Shown here: in pieces, positions 23,471-37,015 of the stretch
Layout: the number at the start of each line of letters is the position of its first letter
Numbering within the stretch: position 1 is the stretch's first letter
Source: Eledone cirrhosa
Lineage: Eukaryota
Assembly: GCA_964016885.1 (NCBI GenBank)
Contig: OZ024742.1
Coordinates: 222,456,001 to 222,520,000, forward strand
Direction of reading: 5' to 3'
Length of the DNA stretch: 64,000 nucleotides
The notes under the pieces: generated by a model
The model's database searches: none
Seen by the model: only the letters and a program-made list of their open reading frames with translations
Told to the model about the DNA's origin: nothing
Made by a program: the position numbers and the translations under genes

Positions 23471-23958
23471 CACGACAAAAAGCACCCAGCACACAATAGG
23501 ACAACTCGTCTAACCCATGCTAGTGTGGAAAAATGGACGTTAAACAGTGATGACGAATAATAATGATACAGTTATCTATGCTGTACTGTAGGCCAGATGA
23601 TGTAGGTCAAACAACTTCTATATTGATTATGAACTGAAATCAATCAGATTGAAACAGCAATCTTTATTAGTTGTGGAGAAAATAAATAGATAATAATAAT
23701 AATAACAACAATAATATGAAACTAAATACTAAACAAAAAAAATACCCCTGATAAAAGATGAATAGTAATAATAATGAAGTTGATGTTTTTTGTTTCATAT
23801 TTGCCACAAGGGCAATGGATGAGAGACATTGCAAAGACAGTGTACTAAGAAACAATATAGATTCTACACAGATAGAGATTACCTTTTTAATGTGATTGGT
23901 CTATTTGTAATCAATATATACATGTAGAATGTGTATGTGTGTGTGTGTATATATATAT

Positions 23959-24294
23959 GGAGGCACATGGCTTAGTGGTTAGAGCATTGCAATCGAAAGG
24001 TTGTGAGTTCAATTCTCAGACCGGGTGATGTGTTGTTTCCTTGAGCAAGACACTTTATTTCACATTGCTCCAGTTTACTCAGCTGTAGAAATGAGATGAT
24101 AGGGACTGGGGTCCCTATCATTCCACTGCAAAGTGGTCGTGTAGGTGCCACGGCAAAAACCACCCAGCACTCACTGTAAATGTCGTTGGTGTTAGGAAGG
24201 GCATCCAGCTGTAGAAATCAAGCCAGAATCAGTTCCTGTCCCACCCTTGCAAGCAGGGAAAGGTGGACGTAAAATGATGATGATGATGATGATG
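23959..24294 (+). mobile_element. Young tRNA/CORE-like SINE with RTE tail
   Basis: Nearly identical to 20771-21104 and 55458-55792. Confidence 0.92.
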
Positions 24295-24295
24295 T

Positions 24296-24520
24296 ATGTG
24301 GGGAGGAGTGTATATAATATATATATTACTGAACTTCGTAGAAGCCCATTGTGTGTGTGTGTGTATATATATATATATGGGGGGGGGGGGGCAGTGTATA
24401 TAATATATATATTGTTGAACCTCATAGAAACCCATTGTGTGTGTATATATATATGTATGTGGAGAGGAGTGTATACAATATATATATTGTTGAACCTCAT
24501 AGAAGCCATAGTGTGTGTGT
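24296..24520. repeat. Three ~75-bp tandem units
   Basis: ggagtgtata.aatatatatatt..tgaac.tc.tagaa.ccca.tgtgtgt x3. Confidence 0.8.
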
Positions 24521-27500
24521 CCTGTCATGTTTGTGCTTGTATCTCGTAACTTAGCAGTTCAACAAAAAAGTGATCAATAAAATATATACCAGATTTGAAA
24601 AAATAAGTACTAAAGTCGATATGTTAGACTAAAATTCCTTTCATGATGGTACCCAGCATGATAGAACCGGGGCTCCTAGCTTTAAAAGACCTGGGAAACT
24701 TCCTATGAGACATACTCTCTTAGGAGGTCAGTTAAACCAGCAAAGACTATTATATTTCTATATATGGTGTTTGGCCTTGACTTGACTTGCTGTATTGTAT
24801 AGCAGGAAGTATAAACAAATCAACACAATTCTCCATTCCTATTTACTCCAGTGGCCATTTTGAATATCACAGGAAAAGAAAAATAATCAATAAAATATCA
24901 AATATTTTTCTTTGAAATATTTGATATTTTATAAGTTTTAGTAATAGTAATAATAGTTTGTGATTTAGGCACAAGGTCAACAATTTTGTGGGGAGAGGAA
25001 AGTCGATTAAATCAACTTCCATAAAGATGAAAGGCAAATCTTAACCTCAGACGGATTTGAGCTCAGAATGTAAAGGGCCATAACTATATACCACAAAGCA
25101 TGTTGTTCGACACTCTACTGATACTGCTGATCCACCATAGTAAAAATGATTTATAATTTAGGCACAATGGCAATAATCTTTGAAGAAAGGAAAGCTGATT
25201 AAATCTACCCCAGTACTTTAGTAGTACTTTATTTTATTGTCCTTGGAAGTATGATAGGCAAAGTTCACCTTGATAGGATTTGAACACAGAATATAAAGAG
25301 CTGTAACCAAATGCTTTAAAGTATTTTGTTGCGATTTGGAAGGAAAGGGAAAGTCAATCAAATCAGCCCCAGTACTTGACTGGTACTTTATTTTATCAAC
25401 CCTGGCAGAATAAAAAGTAAAGTTGACCGCAGCTGGATTTGAACTTAGAACATAAAGAATGGGAAAAAATACTGCAAAGCATTTGTCTGATGCTCTAATG
25501 ACTCTTATAAGCTTTAATAGTAATAATAATAATTATTCAAATGAAATAGTGTTCAGTGGGAAGTGGGGCTAATGGTTAAGGTGTTGAGCTCACAATCGTA
25601 AGGTTGCAGACTCAATCCACAGACTGTGTAATACATTGTGTCCTTGAGCAATACATTTCATTTCACAACCTCTCTAGTGCTGGTGCCATGACAAATACAC
25701 CCACTCTGCTCTGTAAAGTGATTGGCATTAGGAAAGGCATTCAGCTATAAAAATCTCACCAAACAAGGGTGCGTGGACTCTTCTATTGTATCAAGGACAT
25801 GACAACCTCTTTAGTGCTGGAGCCTCTATAAAATGTAAAATATTCTGTAACATGCTGGAACTTACATTTATGTAAGCAAGACAAGGGTCTCAACCCATCT
25901 GAGAGATCGATGGCTCCATATTGGACATTAAATGATGATAATAATGAATAAACTAGAACATTGATTTTGAAATGCCATTCAATTTTATGTAAATATAAAC
26001 ACTTTAAAACAAACAGTCTTATGTCATAGAAACAATAAACAGACTTTACAAAATATTACAGGAGTAATTGTTGCTATAGCTGGTTGCCTAAGTTTCAGTC
26101 TTGACTGTTAAATAAATTCCGTAACATTAACTTACATAAAAACACAGACAAAGAATTAAACAATAATTTTCGATAAAATAATTAATTGTCTGTGATATAA
26201 ATAATTGATGTTCAACCGATTAGCATTTAAACCGGCTGTATCCGGCCAGAATTCTCTCATCTCTTTCTGTTCATACTGGCCATAACTGGCCACTCATACT
26301 TACATTAAGGTATTGTTCTCAAAATAAGTAATGTCAAAATCTCATAGATCCAATATTATGTGAGATAATTATGTTATATATACTATTTACCAATAGTATA
26401 TATAGAGTAATGTAAATACTAAAGGATTGCCATATTTCTAATGAAATATACTTTGTTATTTGAAAAATTGATAGTAGTGGATTGGCTGTTCTGGTAGAGT
26501 GTCAGACAACATGCTTTGCAGCATACAGATACATCCCTTTACGTTTTAAGTTCAAATTCCGCCAAGTTTAGCTTTGCCTTTCATCCTTATGGAGTCAATA
26601 AAATAAAGTACCAGTAATGCAATAGGGTCAATTTAATCAATTTTCCCCTCCCCAAAAATTGTTGGCCCTGTACCTAAATCAGAAACCAATATTTTCAAAA
26701 TTATTTGAAAATTATATGCAGTGTCATATGGTATGTCAGGGTTAACACTTTTGATACCAACTAATCTCTGGTTCTCTGAAACAAAACCACTCATTTTAAA
26801 GGACTCATATTTATATATAAATTTTCCAACATCATCATCATCATCACCATTTTACATTTATTTTCCACACTGGCATGGTTTAGATGAGTTATCATATTCT
26901 GAGGTTAGATAAATTAGATGACAGTGTCTTGCTCATAAATTCCATTCTGGCATGGTTTCTATGGCTGGTGGCCCATCCTAATGCCAACCACTTCATGGCA
27001 TGTACTGGTTGCATTTTATCAAGACTCCAGCCCTATCACCTTACAGGATGGACTAGGTGCTTTTTATCATGGCATTCATTAGTGCATTATATTGTGTCCT
27101 CAACCAGGCTGAGAAATTAGTGATGGAAAACTATTTAAGTTGTATTACAAATGCTATCTTAGTAATGAAATAATTGTTTCTACTTTTGGCACAAGGCCAG
27201 AAATTACCCCAGTGCATTACTGGTGCTTTATTTTATCGACCCCGTTAGGACAAAAGGCAAAGTTAACCTCGGCAGGATTTGAACTCAGAACGTAAAGGGC
27301 CATAACTCTATGCTGCAAAGCTTGGTGTCTGACGCTCTACTGATACAGCCGAAATAATGAATAATTTTAGTAAATCCATCCAAATTCTTCATTAATTAAC
27401 TCTGAACTACATGAAACCACATTATCAAAATGTTCTTGAAAAGTACAAAACAGCATTATAACTGCATCACATTAAAAATTAAAGCAGTGTTTACTTAAAT

Positions 27501-28259
27501 TTAATGCAAATTTTCATGGTCTGTCCATTAGTAAAGATACTATAAACACTTCAATTTACAAACCTCATGAAACCACATTAGTATAAAACAGCAACAGGAC
27601 TGCATCACATTAAAAATTTGTCTAATACTGCAAATTTTTATAAATTAATCCACTAGTAAAGATACGATAAACATTTGAATTTCCAAACCCTGATTTTAGA
27701 TATTTTCTGCTAAATCATTACAGGATGTTAAAAATTAATTAATTGGAATACCATGTGTTTCATGGGAAATACAGTCATGGTTAACATACAAAGAGAGAGA
27801 ATAAATCATTTTGTGTAAGATAAGATAATTGTTTGTGATACAAATAATTGATGTTAAATGTGGTTTTGTTTTGACTAAAGTGGAGGGTGGCATGTTTATT
27901 TTTCAGCCTACATATTGCTACTAGCCATTTCGCCTTCTCAACTTCTGCTCTTTTAGAAAAGCATGAATGAACCAACTATTGGCTCACTTACCCTAATTAT
28001 TCCATTATTTTTGCCAACGCCAAGAGAGAAAATAAAATAAAAAGATTTTCTCCAAAAAAGATATCAAAAATTTGGGCTGGTGGGGGAGGAGAGAGGTGAT
28101 GAGTTGTATATATGTGTTTTTTATTGTTTTTTTCTTCCTGTTGTGATATTCAAAATGGCCGCCACAGCAAATAGGAACAGAGAATTGTTGACTGTTTACT
28201 TCCTGCTATGAAGCAGCAAGCCAGGTCAAGGTCAAACAACTTATACACACACAAACACG

Positions 28260-28263
28260 TGTG

Positions 28264-28337
<74 letters not shown>

Positions 28338-28368
28338 TATACATATATATATATATATATAAACATAG

Positions 28369-28414
<46 letters not shown>

Positions 28415-28418
28415 ATAG

Positions 28419-28449
<31 letters not shown>

Positions 28450-28500
28450 AACATAGATATATATATACATACATATATATATATATATTATATATAATAT
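28260..28500. repeat. (TA)n microsatellite with higher-order aaacatagat interruptions
   Basis: Direct inspection. Confidence 0.95.
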
Positions 28501-29878
28501 ATGCACACACACGTGTGTGTGTGTATTAATTATAGACAGACCAATTAGATTGGAAAGGTAATCTTTATAAGCTATGGAGAGAGGGGATATAAACAGAAAA
28601 TAAAAAAAAACAGTAATATTAATGATAACAATAATGATAATAATAATAATTATTATGATGAAATAAAGAAACAAATGTAAGGTAAAAATGCAAGGGAGGG
28701 CAGCCGAATCATAGAATATCAATAATATATTCTAATAACCCTGTGATTGGATCTTGCATGTTATTTTTGTTTTTTTGCAGTGTTTTGTTTAGCCTTTGTT
28801 GATTTTTTTTTTTTAAATGTTTGATTGACTAGTTCTATAATTTGTTTTTAAATGACTGAAAATGTAATCATTTTCCGAAATAGCTTAACCATTTTCCAAC
28901 TGTATCTCTAATGAAATACACTATTTCAATTAATTGATAAAACGTTTTGAGGGATTTACTAAAATTATAAACTATCTTATTACTAAGATAGTAACTTAAC
29001 ATATAGTTCTTATATAAAATTATGTTGGAAGATGTTATTTCAAATAAGAACCCTTTAAAACAGATGGTTTGGTTTCATAGAGCCAGTTTTGGGCAAATTG
29101 GTATAATAAGGGTTAATCTTTTTGTGATTGATTTTTAATGAAATGTATTCTATTTCAATTAACTGATTAGTTAAACTATGAATTATTACATTACTAAGAT
29201 AAGAACTTAACATATGGTTTTTTTTATATAAAATTATGTTGGAAGATTTTAATTTAAATAGCAACCTTTGAATATAGGTGGTTTTGTTTCATAGAATCAG
29301 AGCCAATTTTGATTGGGTTGGTAGCAAAAGCATTAAAATATAAAAGAAAAGGTTATCAATTATCATCTCCTTTGTATTCTCACAATAATCGGGGTGGGAC
29401 ACCAAATGGCGGAGCTGGTAGAGAGCAAGATTAAATGCCTCAGTATTTGTTCCGGTTCTCTGCATTCTGAGTTCAAATCCCTCCATGGTCAACTTTGTTT
29501 TTCATCCTTTGAAGGTCAATAAATAAAGTATGAGTCTAGGAGTGGTGGATTGGTGGAAGTGTGAAAGAGTTAAGCAGGTTCTATGTGTTCTGAGTGCAAA
29601 TCCCATTGTGTTTGAGACCTACTGATTTTTATAACAATAAATTGAGCATAGAACAATATCCGGGTTGTGTTTACAAGCCAATGATTTTGATCAACAAGAA
29701 CCAGTTTAATAACAATATCCATTAGATGAGATCACCCAGCGATTATAATAAACAACACCCATTGTGTGTGTATCTGTATCTATAAGTATGTGTGCTTGTT
29801 TGTGTACCTGTGTGTGTCTATATATGTGTGAGTGTGCATGTATGTATACATCAATTGCTCCCCCCTCTCTTAACTCAA

Positions 29879-30009
29879 TGTAATGTTTGTAATAAATACT
29901 ATCCATTGTCCAGAGATATGCAGGTCAGATTTATATATATATATATATATATATATAAATCTTACCTGCATATCTCTGGACAATGGATAGTTTTTATTAC
30001 AAACTTACA
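29879..30009. repeat. Near-perfect 131-bp palindrome centred on (AT)n
   Basis: ~53-bp arms with 2 substitutions and 1 indel, flanking a self-complementary (AT)n spacer. Confidence 0.9.
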
Positions 30010-30011
30010 TA

Positions 30012-30540
30012 TATCATCATCCTCATCACTGTTTTACATCTGTTCTTCCACGCTAGCATGGGTTAGACTGGTTGTCCTGTTGTGGGCAGTAGCCGGTCGG
30101 CTGACCATGTCTTGCTCATACGGGAACTGATTCTGGCTTCATTTCTACAGCTGGATGCTCTTCCTAACACCAACCTCATTTACGGTGAGTGCTGGGTGCT
30201 TTTTTTCCATGGCGCCTACACATCCACTTTACAGTGTGGGCTGGGTGCTTTTTTTCAGTGGGAGGGTGTGGGGGCATATTGTCTATATGCTTCAGCTTGT
30301 ACCCGTGGGGGGTCGGGTCTTCTGTATTACTGCGTGATGCCAGAGGTCACAGACGTGTGTCATCGCCTTTGAGAGGTGTAATTGGGTAAGGTCGGCTTTT
30401 ATCATTTCATCCCAGGTCTTCTTGGGTCTCCCCACTCTGCAGCTTCCATCGACTTCTAGTGCTCTGCACCTTTTTATGCAGCTGTCACCACATCACATGT
30501 CCATACCAATGCAACCTCCTCTCCTGCACACAGCATTTGA
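30012..30540 (-). mobile_element. RTE LINE 3' fragment
   Basis: Reverse strand ERRLHWYGHVM...GSCRVGRPKKTWDEMIKADL; shared RTE 3' UTR and (GAT)n tail. Confidence 0.85.
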
Positions 30541-31394
30541 TATATATATATGTGCGTGTGTGTATAAACTTAAGAAAATTAACAAAGAGAGGACAAGACA
30601 ACGAACAAAAACAAGGCAAAAAGAAATTTTTTAAGAAGAAACATTAAAAAAAAATTTTTTTAAATAAAAATACAAACAAAGGACACAAAACTCCAGGGTC
30701 ATCAACCGTTTAGATGGACTTTGGCAATTTCAACCACTACCAATGGTACTGTTGGTCCACCCGGAGTCACAGCAAACACTGTTCAATGGAGTAAGAGATG
30801 AGAGACAAAATATTGATTTATAGCAATTAAGCTACAAGTACATATAGAATTTTATGTGACGTTTGGGAAAATGTGGTACCTCTTATAGCATGAGAGTCAT
30901 GAATGAAACAAAAGAAAAAGGAAGAATATATATATATAGAGAGAGAGAGAGAGTAATGTTATGATTTACATTACTAAACTTACTGGACTGTATGTTGTTA
31001 CCGAGCTACAATATTATATCTGTGTGTGTGGTTACTGAGCTAGGCTAGTGTGTGTAGATGTCTTTATCTGTGAATAAATAAGTCCTTGTGTATGTTTTGT
31101 CTCTGAGTATAATTACTATATGTATGTGTGTGGGAGGTGTTATGTATACTGATATGTGTGTATACTTAATCTAAGTATTAGATACAATAAAGCTGTGATT
31201 TCACCTTGGGACTTTGTAATATAAGTTGTCATCATCATCATCATTTTATGGCTGCTTTACATTTAACCATTTTCAAACCACTCCTGGTTCTATGATGTAA
31301 AACATTTTTTTTTTTAAATGTTATATTCATCTAAAACCTTCTCTCATAATTTTACGTAAGAACCTTTCTTAAGTTATGTTCCACATGCTGTGTA

Positions 31395-31427
<33 letters not shown>

Positions 31428-31429
<2 letters not shown>

Positions 31430-31870
31430 GTCACTGGACCGAGATCTTTGGCGCTACACAGTAATACAGAAGACCCGCCTTACCTAAGTACAAAGTGAAA
31501 CCTACTACAGTCAGTAGGCACCTCTAACAAAAATACACCCCATCCCACTACCCCCACCCCATCCACACCACCCTTGCAATGTAAAGTTATGTTGGTACCA
31601 CAACATCCAGTCCGAAACAAATGAGGTCGTGTAGGTGTCATGACAAAAAAAACACACAGTCCACGCTGTAATGTGGCCGTGTAGGTAACACGGTAAAAAC
31701 CTCCTAGTCCACACTGTAAACGTGGTTGGTGTTGGAAGGGCATCCAGCCGTAGAAAACCTGCCAGAAAGTCCTATGCGAGCAAGACAACCACTCTTGCCT
31801 CAAGTGGGAAAACTCCCATCCAAACCCATGCAAGCGTGGAAGATGGACGTTAAACGATGATGATGATGAT
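31428..31870 (+). mobile_element. RTE LINE 3' end (family of 13504-14737)
   Basis: Close match to 14305-14737 including the tail. Confidence 0.9.
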
Positions 31871-32049
31871 ATGTGGGTTTCTGTGATCTATATACACTGG
31901 TCATAGACACACACATATATATCTACACATCAACACCACCAGCTCTCTGCCATTCTTCTTCTCTGTCTCCTCTCCTTCTCTCTATGTCTCTCTTTCAATC
32001 TACTCTGTCACAACCACGATCTCCTTCTCTTTCTCTCTCTTTGTTTATG

Positions 32050-32210
32050 AAGGTACCCGGAAAAACCCCATATCTCGAGAACCCGTGGTACAATTTACGT
32101 GAAACTTGTTTTATTCCATTTGTATTCCCATTTCAGAGTCAACTTCCTTTCAACGTATTTGCGCATTATGCAAACAAGCAAGCAGTCACAGAGTTTTAGT
32201 AGTATATAGA
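32050..32210 (-). mobile_element. Helitron-like non-autonomous 5' end
   Basis: Minus strand begins A|TCTATATACTACTAAAAC followed by (CTTG)-like short repeats, typical of animal Helitron 5' termini. Confidence 0.55.
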
Positions 32211-32859
32211 TAACATTAATGGTTTCTAATTAAAACCCAAGGCCAGCAGTTCATCTCAAAAATCTTCCATTATAATTTTATATAAGAACTTTCGTTGTTA
32301 AGTTCTAAACTTTTCTAAACACTAACTTAATAATGAGGAAGTTACTAAATCCCTCCAAATATTTTGAAAATCATGGGCAATCTTTCATTAAAATGATACC
32401 AACCCACTCAAAACCACTTCAGTTCAACAATGACAAACCTCTTGTTTTAAAGAATACTTGTTTAAATAAAAAATATTTTTATGAAAGAATATCATTGTTA
32501 AATTATGTACTTCCAACTTATTAATATGGTTATGTTAGTAAATTCATTCAAATTATTGATTATTTACAAAATTAATTGAAAAACATAGATGCTTTATTTC
32601 CATATTTTATTATGTGTGTATGTATATATACATGTGTCTGTATGTATGTGTGAGAGTCTTTATATATGTCTTTGTGTGTTTCTGTTTCAAAATTAATTGC
32701 AAAACTTAGATGGTGTATTTCATTAGAAATATGGTAATGGTCCTTATAATTTCTTCATTCCATGTTAGTTCAGGATTCTATGAGTTTAATGTGTGCGTAT
32801 GTAACATGTGGTGCGGTAAATAAATATATACATATACAAAGGAACCAAACTTTCACTGT

Positions 32860-33140
32860 CCCGCTTTCCCCATCTCTCACTATTATGAGCAAATGGGGGC
32901 CCACACACTGGACACCCCACAGCCCCAGTGGACAGAATAGAGAATGTATTTCCCTGGAGCATGATGAGGGAGACGCGCTGGAAAAGCCATTCCAACTTGC
33001 GAGACTCACATCTGCAGGTAGCCAACTCTGTGCCAATGGTAGTGAGGAGGGAGATAGCCCTAGGGCCAAGGACACCAGAAGTCTCCACTACTATGGGCTC
33101 GACCGCAAACCTGTTAGAGAGCGACCGATATTTGGAGAAT
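32860..33140 (-). mobile_element. CRE-clade (RLE-type) non-LTR retrotransposon C-terminal fragment
   Basis: SKYRSLSNRFAVEPIVVETSGVLGPRAISLLTTIGTELA...WLFQRVSLIMLQGNTFSILST matches the KY..F.P..ET.G..G..A...QR.S....GNA.SI motif. Confidence 0.8.
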
Positions 33141-33213
33141 GGTAATGGTTAAGGTCCCATTGTGTTGCACCTTGAGCAAATTTCTTCTACTATAGCCTTG
33201 GTTGAACAAGCCC

Positions 33214-33252
<39 letters not shown>

Positions 33253-33399
33253 GTGTGACCATATCTGATTGTCTTCATACCAATATTATACTGGGAGGTT
33301 TTAACCATATCTCACCTACACACTTAAAATTTATGGTCAGGTTCTCATCAGTTACACATACATATACATTATATCTAATATATATTTGTGAAATGGGCG

Positions 33400-34790
33400 G
33401 TGGTTGAAATTCAGATGTGCACGGTTAAATGGTAGTAGACGTGGTCGGACTGACATGGAAATTTACACACCTATGTAAAAAGTGCCAAGGAAGCAAATAG
33501 ACTAGGTTTCAAATCTCTAACTTGAAAAATGTGGTCCCTGGGGCCCCAAAACTATCGCGTTATTTCCCCCTGTTCTAATACTAACTCATCAATTTATTTT
33601 GCTGCGTTCTTTCGCAGCTTTCTTTCGCTGTTAACATACAGTACCATTTTACGAAATGCCAATCCAAAAACGGTCATTGTTTTCCATCAAAAGATATAAA
33701 ACCCTTAAAATGCGAAGAAGGGAGTCATGTTCTCAAGTACGTTTTTTCAGATATCATTTTCATTTTATTTCTAATACATGTTAACCACCACTAACAGTAA
33801 GTAGTATTTTTCAAATCATCGTCTTATTTAAAATAAAATATCAAAGACAACGTTATTTCGCTGTTAATAAACTTTTGGCTACTACAAGCTTCCATGGTTA
33901 CGGAGAAAATCGATGAAACAGGAATTTCCCATTCAAATTGAACTGAGAGTAATCTGTGAACGCAGAAGTAAATATTTCGAGAAAAGTTGCAACCGAACGA
34001 AAACAGGAAGATGATATTTTGGTTCGTGAAGATGTTCCCTGGCAATGAACGGGAAAAAAGCGAGGATAATGCGTCGTTATGTGGATCGTGAAGAACAATT
34101 TCATGCAAAGACAAGACCAAGTTTATGGTATAAATGGAGTCGTTAGACTAATATTCTATTTAAAATAACCGAATGATTTCCAGCCCCGGAGTTTAAGAAT
34201 GATGTAAATAAAATTGTAAACGAAAATGACAGAGGTTATTAAAATAGTAAAAGTAAATAGTGAAGATTTATGCCCCAACGGACATACACATACATGCGCA
34301 CACACAAATACATACACACTCACACACACACACACACACATACGCACTCACAAATACATACACACACACGAACGCACGCATTTCTCCAGTATTTTCACCA
34401 AACTTAAGACATAGGTTACTTATGTACTCCGGATGGTCATGGGCACTTTCATTTTTCCAGATATTGATTATAGGGCCCCCCCGGCAGATAACCCCTTTAA
34501 CCACTTCCTTGGAGTCGACTGAAGCACTGCAGTGCAATGCAACAGAATGTCATAACTTCTGGAGTTCGCAACCGATTTTCACAAAACTTGACACATGGGC
34601 TACGTTTGTCCTACAGATGAATGTGAACTCTCAGAATTGGCACATATTGAGTAGGGGACCCTTGGGGGCAGGAACCCCCTTTTGGAAAAAGCCGATGATT
34701 TTGTAAAAGTATAGTTTTCGAAACAGCACTGAAGTATTGTCATAAATGGTATACACAACTACTATTTAATACCCGAGCAACCTCTGCTAA
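33400..34790. mobile_element. Composite of Helitron-related non-autonomous pieces
   Basis: 33950-34080 is the reverse complement homologue of 13300-13420; 34770-34790 acccgagcaac..ctgcta resembles the Helitron 3' end at 15633-15660; internal ccgattttcacaaaacttg motifs. Confidence 0.6.
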
Positions 34791-35107
34791 TATATATATA
34801 TTTATATTTATAGACACACACATACATGCGCAGACACACTTGCACATGTACACACAGTCACATGCAGAGACATATTGAAATAAATCATATAACTGTAATG
34901 ATAATATTCCTTGATGGCGCTCTGTTCCAGACCATTTCTGTAGAAATCTAAAATAATGAGGAATGAAAAAGAAAACAAAAACAAAAGAAATAAACAAAGC
35001 CTAATAAGATATTGATCTTTGCATTAGAAATAGTTTATTGAGAAAAAAATGATAAATTTATAAATAAAACTAGGGTAATGGTTGCACTTATGTTCTGATA
35101 TTATCTA

Positions 35108-35350
35108 CATCACCACTACGATCATCACCATCATCATCATCATCACCACCACCATCATCATCATCATCATCATCATCACTATCACCATCATTATCATCAC
35201 CACCACCATCACTATCATCATCATCACCATCTTCATCATCACCACCATCTTCATCATCACCACCATCACCAGCATTACCATCATCACCTTTTTCATTATC
35301 ATCATCATCATCACCACCATCACCACTACCATCATCACCATCTTCATCGT
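35108..35350. repeat. (CAT/CAC)n trinucleotide low-complexity tract
   Basis: Direct inspection. Confidence 0.95.
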
Positions 35351-36359
35351 CGTGGCAGAATCATTTGAATATTGGATGAAATAATTTGTGATATTAGTTG
35401 TGCCCTTTTATGTTCTGAGTTCAAATCCTTGCCTGTCACCCTTCTGGGGGTCAATAAAATAAGTATTGGTCAAGTACTGTAGTTGGTTTCATTAACTGTC
35501 CCCTTGCTTCAAATTGCTAATTGCTGACCTTCTGACTAAAATAGATGCCATTATTGTGTTATCTCTGTTTTTCCAATCTGGCATGAGTTGGACAGGGTTG
35601 TTACAGACCAAGTCAGTACTTAATTGGAGCTATTGTCTTCTCATATGAGTTGAGGTCCATTTTGATGTTGTTTCTATGGTTCAATGACCTTCATAATGGC
35701 AACCACTTTACAGAGTTTACTGGGTGCATTTTATTGAGGCACCAGTACGACCATTTTATCTAGTGTACTGAGTACATTTTAGCATGGCACCAACACTAAG
35801 AAGGTTGTCAAATCACTGACTTAACTGAAAAGCTCTTGCTACACTCTTTTAGCATGGTTTCTACTGCTGGAAGCTCTTCCTAACACCAACCACTTTACAG
35901 AGTATACTAGATGTGTTTTAACATAGTTGAAGAATCCTCTCAGCCCTTTTGGCATGGTTTCTATGGATGGTTTCCCTTTCTAATGTCAATCACTTTACAG
36001 AGTATTCAAGGTGCATTTTAACGTGGCACCAGCACTACTACTTTACAGTGTGTACTGAGTGCCTATTATTGTGGCATCAACACTAGAGAAGTTATTTATA
36101 TATATATTACTTCATGTTATCTAGTGTTACAGCTAGAGAGATAGATCTACTTGTCAGGAGCCATTAAGATTTATATCCCAAACTAATGTAGTTGTACCTT
36201 GTCATGTCAGATTTGAAATTTCTACATATTTTCAGTCAGTTGTTCAGAATGTTGTTTGTTCCACTAAGTTTTGCTCCTTGCTACATTTTCTTCTGTTTCG
36301 TTTTGTTTGTCAGTTCTTCTCATTTGCTTTTAATCACACTGACTCTTTCATCATTGTCA

Positions 36360-36363
<4 letters not shown>

Positions 36364-36445
<82 letters not shown>
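36364..36445. repeat. (TC)n microsatellite, ~41 units
   Basis: Direct inspection. Confidence 0.97.
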
Positions 36446-36447
<2 letters not shown>

Positions 36448-36795
36448 TGTTATACTTTGGGAGGGTCATGCTGCCAATAAAAACACACACACCTTGGTTT
36501 TCACTTCAATTTATTATTATAAATTTCCGTTTGGCTGGTTCAATAACCAGATGGACTGAATGGTTGTTTATACGTTGTCAAAGCTCTTTCGTCACACATT
36601 CTGTGACCTCCTCAGTGACTGATTTCTTATTTTGTGTCTCTCCTTTATTTTCTCCTACACCATCTTGGCCAGGGGTTCGCATTTCTCTATATCTCTTTCA
36701 CTCTCTCTCTATATATATGTGTGTGTGTGTGTGTGTGTATCTACTTACTTCATGGATAAGAGAAAACCCGTATTCAATACCGAAGTAGAGTTTAA

Positions 36796-37015
36796 CCCTT
36801 TAGCATTTAAACCGGCTGCATCTGACCAGAATTCTCTCACTTCTTTCTGTTCAAACCAGCTGTAACTGGCCCTCATACAGATGTTAAGGTATTGTTCTTA
36901 AAATAAATAATATCAAAATCTCATAGATTCGATATTTTGTGAGATAATTATGTGTGGTAAAACCTTTACTGTGAAAATATAATAGTAAATATAGAGTAAT
37001 ATAAATGTTAAAGAG
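36796..37015 (+). mobile_element. piggyBac-type ~220-bp MITE (copies also at ~26216-26426, 38278-38470, 48637-48848, 56972-57127, 57487-57695)
   Basis: TTAA|CCCTTTAGCATT ... AATG(C/T)TAAAG(G/A)G|TTAA; shared internal cagaattctctcac.tctttctgttcaaac. Confidence 0.85.

Noticed and set aside
35082-35384. Poly-Ile/Thr and poly-Met/Val ORFs
   Set aside because: (CAT/CAC)n low-complexity tract
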